64,000 nt of DNA, from assembly GCA_963841135.1 (NCBI GenBank), contig CAWJBJ010000004.1:543496-607495 (forward strand), read 5' to 3'. Under the pieces are notes generated by a model, which had not been told where the DNA came from, searched no databases, and worked only from the letters and a program-made list of their open reading frames with translations. The translations under genes and the position numbers were made by a program. Numbering within the stretch: the stretch's first letter is position 1; the number at the start of each line of letters is the position of its first letter. The DNA comes from an uncultured Chloroflexia bacterium. GTDB taxonomy: Bacteria > Chloroflexota > Limnocylindria > Limnocylindrales > CSP1-4. This document shows, in pieces, positions 1 through 7,890 of this stretch.

Positions 1-30
1 TTTGGACCAGCGTTCGAGCCATGTTGGTTC

Positions 31-107
31 TGGCCCGCCCGGAGGGATTCGAACCCCCGACCTACTGATCCGAAGTCAGTCGCTCTGATCCACTGAGCTA
101 CGGGCGG
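31..107 (-). tRNA. tRNA-Arg (anticodon UCG), CCA encoded
   Basis: Reverse complement folds as a cloverleaf: acceptor CCGCCCG/CGGGCGG, D arm GCTC..GAGC, anticodon stem ACTGA/TCAGT with loop CTTCGGA (anticodon TCG), T arm GGGGG-TTCGAAT-CCCTC, then G-CCA. Confidence 0.9.
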
Positions 108-155
108 ACGCCCGCGGATGATAGCGCGTCGGCGATCGCAACCGAGTCGCAAGGG

Positions 156-184
156 TTGCAAAAGCCCGACTAATCCACTAGGGT
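156..184 (+). promoter_or_regulatory. candidate sigma-70-type promoter TTGCAA-N17-TAGGGT
   Basis: Hexamers 156-161 and 179-184 with a 17-nt spacer. The -10 fits TANNNT. The predicted start falls on the A of ATG 192. Confidence 0.3.
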
Positions 185-327
185 TTCGCGCATGATCGCT
201 CACCGCTGCTCCCGCGACATGTGTCCGTGCTGGCGACCCCGCCACGCGGAGGATGGGGTCCGGGATCGACGCGCTGAGCAGGTCCGACGCCTGAGCAACG
301 CCGTCGCCGGATCCACCGTTCACAGGG

Positions 328-363
328 GTCGCAGTCCACTAGGTGGCTGCGGCTCTTTTGTTT
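328..363 (+). terminator. intrinsic terminator-like hairpin plus U-tract in the rhodanese leader
   Basis: GTCGCAGTCCAC-TAG-GTGGCTGCGGC (11 bp, one bulge) followed by TCTTTTGTTT. It lies 32 nt upstream of ATG 395. T-runs are rare in this GC-rich sequence. Confidence 0.5.
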
Positions 364-394
364 CCCCTCACCGTCACCAGGGAGATCCCGAACG

Positions 395-1741
395 ATGTCT
401 GACACGAACGACGTGCAGTCGTTGACACCACGATCCATCTCGACGACCGAACTGCTCGAACGTCTCGGCGACCCGGGCGTGACGATCGTCGACGTCCGGC
501 CGATCGCCGCCTACAACGGCTGGCGCCTCCAGGGCGAAGCGCGAGGCGGCCACATCCCGGGCGCCGTCGGCCTTCCCGGCCGCCTGGCTGCGCAGCGTCG
601 ACGAGGCCGAGATCGAGCGCCTGCTCCACGAGAAGGGGATCACGCCGGATCGCACGATCGTGGTCTACGGCGACGGCGCCGAGGACGCGCGGCCGTCGCT
701 GACGCGCCTGACGTTGCACGGCCACGCCGGACGTCCTCCGCTACGACGCCGGGTTCGCCGGCGTGGGCGGCGGACGAGCGCCTGCCGATCGAGCGGCTGC
801 CGAACTACGAGCGACTCGTCCACGTCGAGTGGCTGCGCCAGCTCCTCGCCGGCGAGCGGCCCGGAGGCCTACGACAACGACAAGTTCCTGCTCTTCCACG
901 TCAACTTCGGCGTGCCCGAGGAGTACGAGGAGGGCCACCTGCCCGGCGCGCTCTACCTCGACACGAACCGCCTCGAGGACCCGGCCGACTGGAACCGCCG
1001 CTCGCCCGACGAGATCGAGGCGACCCTCCGGGCCCTCGGGATCACCCACGACACGACGGTCGTCGCTCTACGGCCGCGACACGGTGGGCGACGCCAACGA
1101 GAAGTGGCCGGGCCGTCGGGCCGGGCAGATCGCCGCGACCCGCGCCGCGCTCATCCTGCGCTACGCCGGCGTCGACGACGTCCGCCTGCTCGACGGCGGC
1201 TACGACTGGTGGGTCACCGACGGACACCCGCTCGAGACCGTGCATCCGCGAGCCGTCGCCGGTCGCGAGCTTCGGCGTCTCGATCCCGCAGCGCCCCGAC
1301 TACATCGTCGACATCGGCGAGGCCAAGGAGATCCTGGCCGACCAGGCCGGCGCCGCGCTCGTCAGCGTCCGCACCTGGCGCGAGCACATCGGCAACGTCA
1401 GCGGCTACAACTACATCGGCCCGGCCGGCCGGATCGCCGGCGACGTCTGGGGCAACTGCGGCACCGACGCGTACCACATGCAGCACTACCGCAACGTGGA
1501 CAACACGATGCGCGCCTACCCCGAGATCGCGGCCAACTGGGAAGAGGCCGGGATCACCCGCGACAAGTGGGTCGCGTTCTACTGCGGCACGGGCTGGCGC
1601 GCCGCCGAGACGTGGTTCTACGCCTTCCTGATGGACTGGCCGCGCATCGCGGTCTACGACGGCGGCTGGTTCGAGTGGAGCCAGGACCCGATCAACAACC
1701 CCATCGAGGTCGGCGAGCCCGAGGACGGCGTCGCCGCCTGA
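395..1741 (+). pseudogene. multi-rhodanese-domain thiosulfate sulfurtransferase, frame interrupted about 6 times
   Basis: Rhodanese-like segments are spread over three frames: 395.. (VTIVDVRP..GHIPGAV), the 660 frame (IVVYGDG; DKFLLFHVNFG..GHLPGALYLD), the 763 frame (LYGRDTVG..LLDGGYDWW), then back to the 395 frame. The C-terminal domain has the active-site loop FYCGTGWRAAE. GGGAG lies before ATG 395. Confidence 0.8.
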
Positions 1742-1947
1742 CCGATCCGTCGTGGGCAGGTTGGCGCGCCGCGAGGTCCGCTGGTACCGTTCGCGGCTTC
1801 CAGACGACGATCTCCGAAGGTCTAGTTCGCAAGCTCGCGGACCCTGAGCGGCTGCGATCGCCCTGCGGCTACCCGGACGACGATCCGTGACGACGTCTAC
1901 CCGATCGCTGGCGGCTGCCGCCAGGATTGACAGGCCTGCCGATCGCC

Positions 1948-2490
1948 ATGACCGACTGATCGCACTCGTACCCTCGAGACGCGAGAGCGTACGTCGCCGA
2001 GAAGCGCGGCCGCTACGTCGGCGACGTGATTGACCGGCCGGAGATCGGTCGATGATCCCGCCGGCCCGCAAGCTCGCCGTCCTCGCCTGCATGGATCGCG
2101 CCGGCTGACCGTCGAGGACGTCCTCGGCCTCGGAGCCAGGTGAGGCCCACATCTTCCGCAACGCCGGCGGCCTCGCGACCGACGACGCGATCCGGCTCGC
2201 TCGTCATGAGCCAGCGAGACTGCTCCGGTCGGCACTCGAGGAGTGTCATCGTGATCGAGCACACCGGCTACGGCATGCTGCCCTTCGAGGACGGCCCGCG
2301 TCGCGAGACTCCGATCGCCGAGGCGATCCGGGACCCGCGTCGGACCTAGCCGTTCCACGCCTTCCCGGACCTCGAGTCGAACCTGGCCGCCCAGGTCGAG
2401 AAGATCCGGTCCCACCCCTGGATCAAGGACGTGCCGGTCACGGGCGTCGTCTACGAGGTCGAGACCGGGCGCCTGCGCCAGGTCGCCTGA
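1948..2490 (+). pseudogene. beta-class carbonic anhydrase (Rv1284/CanA-like), frameshifted with an in-frame TAG
   Basis: Fragments KLAVLACMD / LTVEDVLGL / EPGEAHIFRNAGGLATDDAIR / SLVMSQR..VIVIEHTGYGM / FPDLESNLAAQVEKIRSHPW..VYEVETGRLRQVA lie in different frames. TAG at 2347-2349 interrupts the last stretch. Confidence 0.7.
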
Positions 2491-2574
2491 CCCCGCCTAC
2501 CTTCGTCGCGGAGGGCGGCCGTCACCCCGGCGTTCGTCCCTCCGTGAGTCGATCGCTGCCGGCTCCGGTCCGAG

Positions 2575-3955
2575 TCAGTCCCAGGCGGGGAGGAGCTGGC
2601 GGTCCAGCCACTCCCCGGGTTCCTGCCGCGGCCGGATGAGGGCCGCTTGTCCGCCCTGGACCGCCACCTCGGCCGGGATCGGGTGGGAGAGGAACAGCGG
2701 CATCGACTCCGTGTAGCCGTACGCGCCGACGTCCAGGACCGCGACGAGCTCGCCGACCTCCGGGGTGGCGAGGATCGCGTGCTGGGTGAAGACGTCGAGC
2801 CCTGAGCACAGCGGCCCGGCGACCGTCACGGGGCCCAGCCGGCCAATCGAGGCGGACTCCGGACGAGCCGACAGGACGCGGATCCGGTGCTCCTGGCCGA
2901 CCAGGGCCGGCCGCAGCAGGTGATGGACGCCGCCGTCGAGCACGACGACCGTCGAGCCGTCCACGGTCTTGCGGTCGACCACGCGCGAGAGGTACGCGCC
3001 GGCCGCGCCGACGAGGAAACGGCCCGGCTCGAGCAGCAGCCGCGCCTCGGACAGGAGCGGGTCGTCCGGCCAGGCGGCCACGATCCCGTCGAGGCCGCGG
3101 CCGAAGCGGGCGAGGTCAAGCGACTCCTCGTGGGACTTCGTACGGGATCCCGAGGCCGCCTCCGGCGTCGACAGGCGGACGGTCGTGCCGGCAAGCTCGG
3201 CGAGCTGGCGGGCGGCCCGGACGGTGGACGCGACATGGTCGACGAGCGCCGACGCGTCGAGGACGTTCGACGCCCCGAAGCAGTGCAGGCCCAGCAGCTC
3301 CAGGTGCGGTGACCGGGCGGCCTGTCGCGCCGAGCGCGACGAGGTCCGCCGCGTCCATCCCGAACTTGCCCGCGCCGTCGTCGCCGACGAGTCGGACGCG
3401 CTCGAGTCGGGCGCCCTCGCTCATCGCCGCGCGCAGCATCACCGGCACGCGACGGCCGGACGTGGCCGCGATCGCCTCGAGCCGTGCCGAGCTCACCCGG
3501 CGACTCGACGGTGATCGCCCGGATCCCGGCGGCCACCGCGGCCCGCAGCTCGTCGTCGCGCTTGCCCGGACCGGTCATGACGATGCGCGATGGGTCGATG
3601 CCCGCCCGCAGGGCCGTCGCCAGCTCACCGGCCGAGGCAACGTCGGCACCCGTTCCGAGCCGGCCGAGGTGCGCGACCACGGCCAGTGCCGGGTTCGCCT
3701 TCACGGCATACGCCAGATCGACCACCGCGCGGCAGCACGGCACGAAGTGCGGCGACCTGGCCGTCGATGACGTCGAGGTCGTACACGTAGAGCGGGGTCC
3801 CGAAGCGGGTCGCCAGCTCCTCGGGCGCCAGGCCGCCGAGACGACCCGCCCGGAGGATCTCGTTGCGTGCCGGCGGCCGGCCACGCCGCGGGCGCTCGAG
3901 AGCGTCCGCGCCGGGTGTCGTCGCCGATCGACGGCGGCGTGCGGGTCAGGCTCAT
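2575..3955 (-). pseudogene. lysA: diaminopimelate decarboxylase, at least 6 frame changes
   Basis: Fragments: N-terminal FGTPLYVYDLDVIDGQVAALR; VDLAYAVKANPAL..IVMTGPGK; GKFGMDAADLVAL; HLELLGLHCFGASNV; VDAGGGLGIPYE. The C-terminal 168 aa (2575-3081: LLLEPGRFLVG..LDVGAYGY) is intact. The ATG overlaps the dapD stop (ATGA 3952-3955). Confidence 0.8.
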
Positions 3956-4785
3956 CGAAGGGCGTCCTCGAGCGCGACCCGCGCGGCCGTGCCGGCGTCA
4001 CGGTCCTTGACGAGCAACGCCACGGACACCGAGAGGCCGTGCTCCTCGGCGAACCCGCCGGGCATGGACCGGGCGCCCGGCACGACCACGGCCCCGGCCG
4101 GGACGACGAGCGGCGCGTCCGCCGTGCCTGTGAGGACGCGTCCGCGGACGAGGTCGTAGAGCCGCGACGACCCGGTGAGGGTCACCCCGGCCCCGATGAC
4201 CGCGCCACGCTGGACCAGCACGCCCTCGAGGAGCGCGCTGCCCGCGCCGACGAACGCCTCGTCCTCGACGATGACGGGCCGGGCACCGGCGGGCTCGAGC
4301 ACGCCACCGATCGTCACCCCGGCCGACAGGTGGACCCGGGAGCCGATCTGGGCACACGAGCCGACCAGGACGTGGGAATCGACCATCGTGCCCTCGCCGA
4401 CCCACGCCCCGATGTTCACGTACGACGGCGGCATCACGACGACGCCGTCGGCCAGGTGCGCGCCGCGCCGGACCGCGGTGCCGCCCGGCACGATCCTCCA
4501 CGGCCCATCGGCGAGGTCGTCACGCGGGGGGACCGCCGCCCGGTCGCGGAAGGTCAGCGGGCCGACCGTCCAGGACTGCGTGGTCCGGTCGCCGAAGCAC
4601 GCGAGGATCGCGGACTTCACCTCGGGCCGGACCCGCCAGCCGTCCGGCGAGTCCGCGTCGGGCTCGGCGGCCCGGATCCTCCCCGACTCGAGGTCGGCGA
4701 GGATCGTCCGTGGATCGGTCGTGGCGGCCTCGGCCGTCGGTGACTCGGCGGTCGGCCGTGCCGACAGCTCGGTCTGGGCCGTCAT
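3952..4785 (-). CDS. dapD: 2,3,4,5-tetrahydropyridine-2,6-dicarboxylate N-succinyltransferase
   Basis: Uninterrupted 277 aa. Left-handed beta-helix hexapeptide repeats (VNIGAWVGEGTMVDSHVLVGSCAQIGSRVHLSAGVTIGG) follow a DapD-type N-terminal domain. ATGA overlap with dapA. Confidence 0.8.
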   Translation of the reverse strand: MTAQTELSARPTAESPTAEAATTDPRTILADLESGRIRAAEPDADSPDGWRVRPEVKSAILACFGDRTTQSWTVGPLTFRDRAAVPPRDDLADGPWRIVPGGTAVRRGAHLADGVVVMPPSYVNIGAWVGEGTMVDSHVLVGSCAQIGSRVHLSAGVTIGGVLEPAGARPVIVEDEAFVGAGSALLEGVLVQRGAVIGAGVTLTGSSRLYDLVRGRVLTGTADAPLVVPAGAVVVPGARSMPGGFAEEHGLSVSVALLVKDRDAGTAARVALEDALR

Positions 4786-5819
4786 GCCACGGCCTCGCGG
4801 GTCGTGGCCGGCGCGGCCATCGTCGGGGAGGCCATCCGGCCACCGGTCGACTCGAGCAGTCCGAGCGTGCGGAGCGTGCCGGCCATGGCGGCCCGAGCGT
4901 CCGCCTCGAGCGGCAGGAGCGGCGCGCGGACCGCATCGCTGTCGAGCAGGCCCATCAGCATGAGCGCGGCCTTCGCCGGGACCGGGTTCGGGCCGCCCCG
5001 GAAGTTGCCGAGGAACAGCGGCAGCCAGCGCTCGTGCGTCCGACGGGCCGTCTCCCAGTCGCCCGCGCGTGCCGCGGCACAGAGCGTGACGAGCTCGCCG
5101 GGGATCTCGTTCGACGCGACCGAGACCACGCCATCGCCGCCCATCGCGAGGACCGGCAGGGTCCAGGCGTCGTCGCCAGCAAGGACCGCCACGTCGCGCG
5201 GCCGCTCCCGGCAGATCCGGGCGATCTGCTCGAGGTTGCCGCTCGCTTCCTTGACCGCCACGACCCGCGGGTGCTCGGCGAGCCGCAGGAACGTGTCGGC
5301 GTCGACGTTCGTGCCGGTTCGGCCGGGCACGTTGTAGACGACGATCGGCAGGCCGCCCTCATCGGCGACCGCGCGATAGTGGGCATCGAGCATCCGGCCG
5401 TCGGGCCGGTTGTAGTACGGGGCGACGACAAGCGCCGCATCCGCGCCGAGCTCGGCTGCCCGGCGCGTCGCGCGGATCGTGGCGGCCGTGTCGTTCGTGC
5501 CGGTGCCGGCAACGACCCGCACGCGGGCACGTGACGAGCGCTCGCTCGCGACCTCGACGGTCGCCGCGATCAGCCGCTCGCGTTCCGATTCGCTCAGAGT
5601 GGGGGACTCGCCGGTCGTGCCGCACGGCACGAGGCCGTCGATCCCGGCGAGGATCTGCCAGCGGACGAGCCGTCGGAAGGCGCTCTCGTCGAGCGTGCCG
5701 TCGGGCGCGAATGGCGTGACCAGGGCGGTGAAGGCGCCGCGCAGCATCGGGCGGGTCGGGCGCGGCGTGGTCGTTGCGGTCGTGTCGATCGTCGGCGTGG
5801 TGGAGGTCGTCGGGGTCAT
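4782..5819 (-). CDS. dapA: 4-hydroxy-tetrahydrodipicolinate synthase with a Thr-rich N-terminal extension
   Basis: 345 aa. Contains FTALVTPF..VPCGTTGESPTLS..VVAGTGTNDT..YNVPGRTG. AAGGAG lies 5 nt before ATG 5819. Confidence 0.9.
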   Translation of the reverse strand: MTPTTSTTPTIDTTATTTPRPTRPMLRGAFTALVTPFAPDGTLDESAFRRLVRWQILAGIDGLVPCGTTGESPTLSESERERLIAATVEVASERSSRARVRVVAGTGTNDTAATIRATRRAAELGADAALVVAPYYNRPDGRMLDAHYRAVADEGGLPIVVYNVPGRTGTNVDADTFLRLAEHPRVVAVKEASGNLEQIARICRERPRDVAVLAGDDAWTLPVLAMGGDGVVSVASNEIPGELVTLCAAARAGDWETARRTHERWLPLFLGNFRGGPNPVPAKAALMLMGLLDSDAVRAPLLPLEADARAAMAGTLRTLGLLESTGGRMASPTMAAPATTREAVA

Positions 5820-5831
5820 CGGGTGCTCCTT

Positions 5832-6587
5832 TCAGGTCGTGTCGTGTCGGGTCGTCAGGCGGCGATCGGGGTCGCGAGCCAGGAGCTCGTCGACGATCGG
5901 ATCGAAGGAGTGGATGCCGGCCGGCCGCGGTTCGCGTGCCAGCCAGTCACCGGAGGCGAGGATCCCGGCCGCGTACGCGGTCCGGTCGCGGGCGGTCAGT
6001 CGAAGCTCGACGGTCTCGCCGGGCGCATCGAAGCCGACGAGGTGCATGCCCGGTGATGAGCCTGCCCGGATCGAGACGACCTCGAGGTCGTCGGGCTGGC
6101 TCAGGCCGGGGTGGCCGTCGACGATCCGCCCGGCCAGGTCACGCGCGGTGCCGGACGGACGGTCGAGCTTGGCGCGCCGGTGCCACTCGACGAGGTACGG
6201 GTCGAAGTCGTCGAGACGCCCGAAGAGCGCAACTGCCGAATCGATGAGCCGGCCGAAGAGTGCCACGCCGAGGCTGAAGTTCGAGGCGGCGACGGCCGCG
6301 GCATCGTGTCCGGTCAGCAGCCCTTCGACGAGCGCCCGGTCGGCGGTCCAGCCCGTGGTCGCGATCACGATCCGGCGGTTCCCGGCGTCGAGCGCACTCG
6401 AGAGGTTGGTGGCGACGGCGTCGGGCCGGGACGCCTCGACGACGAGATCGGCGCCGGTCAGCGTCGACGGATCATGCCGTCCGCGGGTCGGCCGCCCGAC
6501 GAGCCGGACCTCGTCGCCCCGCCGGCGCGCGGTCTCCGCAACGGCCGTCCCGAGGCCGCCATCGCCGAGGATGAGGATGGTCTGCAT
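5832..6587 (-). CDS. dapB: 4-hydroxy-tetrahydrodipicolinate reductase
   Basis: 251 aa. N-terminal ILILGDGGLGTAV NAD(P) fold and C-terminal DapB motifs (EWHRRAKLDRPSGTA). Confidence 0.9.
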   Translation of the reverse strand: MQTILILGDGGLGTAVAETARRRGDEVRLVGRPTRGRHDPSTLTGADLVVEASRPDAVATNLSSALDAGNRRIVIATTGWTADRALVEGLLTGHDAAAVAASNFSLGVALFGRLIDSAVALFGRLDDFDPYLVEWHRRAKLDRPSGTARDLAGRIVDGHPGLSQPDDLEVVSIRAGSSPGMHLVGFDAPGETVELRLTARDRTAYAAGILASGDWLAREPRPAGIHSFDPIVDELLARDPDRRLTTRHDTT

Positions 6588-6596
6588 GTCCGTGAT

Positions 6597-6619
6597 CCCT
6601 CACTTCGATTGGTGAGGGG
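6597..6619 (-). promoter_or_regulatory. hairpin sequestering the dapB Shine-Dalgarno
   Basis: Minus strand CCCTCAC-caatcgaa-GTGAGGG. The 3' arm contains GAGGG, 9 nt before dapB ATG 6587. Confidence 0.3.
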
Positions 6620-6640
6620 CCGCCGGGGGAGGTTCCAGAC

Positions 6641-6676
6641 AACGAAAAGCCGCGGTCACCGTCGTGGTGCCGCGGC
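6641..6676 (-). terminator. intrinsic terminator inside the dapB leader (attenuator candidate)
   Basis: Minus strand GCCGCGGCACC-ACGAC-GGTGACCGCGGC (7+4 bp) followed by TTTTCGTT. It lies between a candidate promoter/sORF and dapB. Confidence 0.55.
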
Positions 6677-6725
6677 CCCTGGAGCCTCCGTTCCCTGGAG
6701 GCCCCGGTTCGTCGTCGACGCGCCG

Positions 6726-6806
6726 TCAGAGCCCCAGGGCCCGTGCCTCCCGGCAGGGCCGCCAGAGCTTCTTCTTCGACTCCTCGGAGAAGGTGCGGCG
6801 GTTCAT
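6726..6806 (-). CDS. candidate leaderless leader peptide MNRRTFSEESKKKLWRPCREARALGL
   Basis: 26 codons with three consecutive AAG Lys codons (6768-6776). The ATG coincides with the predicted transcription start of the promoter at 6814-6842. No Shine-Dalgarno. Confidence 0.35.
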   Translation of the reverse strand: MNRRTFSEESKKKLWRPCREARALGL

Positions 6807-6813
6807 ATGCGGA

Positions 6814-6842
6814 ACCATACGCATAAAGCGAATCTCATGCAA
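6814..6842 (-). promoter_or_regulatory. candidate promoter TTGCAT-N17-TATGGT for the dap operon leader
   Basis: The hexamers sit in the only AT-enriched stretch of the dapB/M23 divergent region. The spacer is exactly 17 nt and the -10 ends 7 nt before ATG 6806. Confidence 0.35.
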
Positions 6843-7030
6843 CCATTTCCTGCAGGGCTTGCGGGCAGCCCACTGCTCCGGTGGTACACATCGGTCGGTG
6901 CCCCGCCCGTCTCCCGACCGGTTCCCCGGTCCCCTCGACAACCTGCCGCGCCCGCTGTCCGAGCGCGACCGCGGGGGTTCGGGGCGCCGACGACTGCTGG
7001 CACTGACGACGGTCGCGGTCGTGGTGGCCG

Positions 7031-7873
7031 GTGTCGTCGGAGCGAGCGCAGATGGCCGGCTCGGTGCGGCTGCCGGACATCGGCGCGGTCGCCGGGGCGA
7101 TCGGGACGCCGGCACACACCGATCCACCCGCCGCTGGCCGCACCGGGAACGGCGTCACCGGCGCGGACTCCGACGCGGCCATCCCCTTCGCAGCGCCCGA
7201 TGATCGCCTGGATCTCTCTCGCGTCCGCGCCAAGGTCGCCCCGCCGCCGTCGCGGCTGAGCGGCTACCAGTGGCCGCTTGCCCACGGACGCCTGACGCTC
7301 CCGTTCGGTCCGACTCCCTGGGGCTCGCGCATCGTCGACGGCGCGAACTTCCACGACGGCATCGACCTCGCGACGTTCTGTGGCGACCGCGTCCTCGCCG
7401 CCCACGACGGCGTCGTCCTGGCGGCCGGCCGGCACTACGACAAGCTCATGGGCTGGGTCGGCGACCTCGGGCCGTACCTGCGCCGCCTCGAGAAGAAGCA
7501 CCTGTGGGCAACGCTGCCGATCGTCGTCGTCATCGATGACGGCAACGGCTATCGCAGCATCTACGCCCACTTCGGCAAGATCACGGTCAAGAAGGGCGAT
7601 CGCGTGCGTGCCGGGAAGCTGATCGGCTACGAGGGCGCGACCGGCCGGGCGTCGGGCTGCCATCTCCACTACGGGCTCTTCAGCCCGCTCGAGCGCGCCC
7701 GGTTCAAGATCGACGCCGACGTCGCGAAGCGGATGAAGCTGCCCCGCTACGAGATCGCCCGGATCGACCCGCTGCTCGTCCTGCCGGAGCGGACGAAGGC
7801 ACCGAAGCCGACGCCGACGACGGATCCCGGCGCGGAGCCGACGCCCACGCCCTCGCCCGAAACGGTGGGCTGA
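7031..7873 (+). CDS. M23 family metallopeptidase (possibly frameshifted after its signal peptide)
   Basis: Contains HDGIDLA, GNGYRSIYAH and GCHLHYG motifs. A signal peptide, RRRLLALTTVAVVVAGVVGASA/DG, is encoded from GTG 6899 in the -1 neighbouring frame and meets this frame near 7045. Confidence 0.8.
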   Translation: MSSERAQMAGSVRLPDIGAVAGAIGTPAHTDPPAAGRTGNGVTGADSDAAIPFAAPDDRLDLSRVRAKVAPPPSRLSGYQWPLAHGRLTLPFGPTPWGSRIVDGANFHDGIDLATFCGDRVLAAHDGVVLAAGRHYDKLMGWVGDLGPYLRRLEKKHLWATLPIVVVIDDGNGYRSIYAHFGKITVKKGDRVRAGKLIGYEGATGRASGCHLHYGLFSPLERARFKIDADVAKRMKLPRYEIARIDPLLVLPERTKAPKPTPTTDPGAEPTPTPSPETVG

Positions 7874-7890
7874 GCACGCGACGCCGCGGG

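Noticed and set aside
192-425. 77-aa ORF taken at face value as a protein
   Set aside because: It reads through a strong terminator hairpin and overlaps the rhodanese start. Only its 5' end, read as a possible leader peptide, is considered meaningful.
2347-2349. In-frame TAG in the carbonic anhydrase gene as a recoded (for example pyrrolysine) codon
   Set aside because: It aligns with a Trp position (TGG>TAG) in a gene that is also frameshifted several times, and no recoding machinery is evident in the window.
6588-6842. Lysine (L-box) riboswitch upstream of dapB
   Set aside because: It was expected from the operon content, but I could not recognise the conserved L-box core elements by eye. 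The region is better explained by a promoter, a KKK sORF and a terminator. It should still be excluded formally with an Rfam scan.
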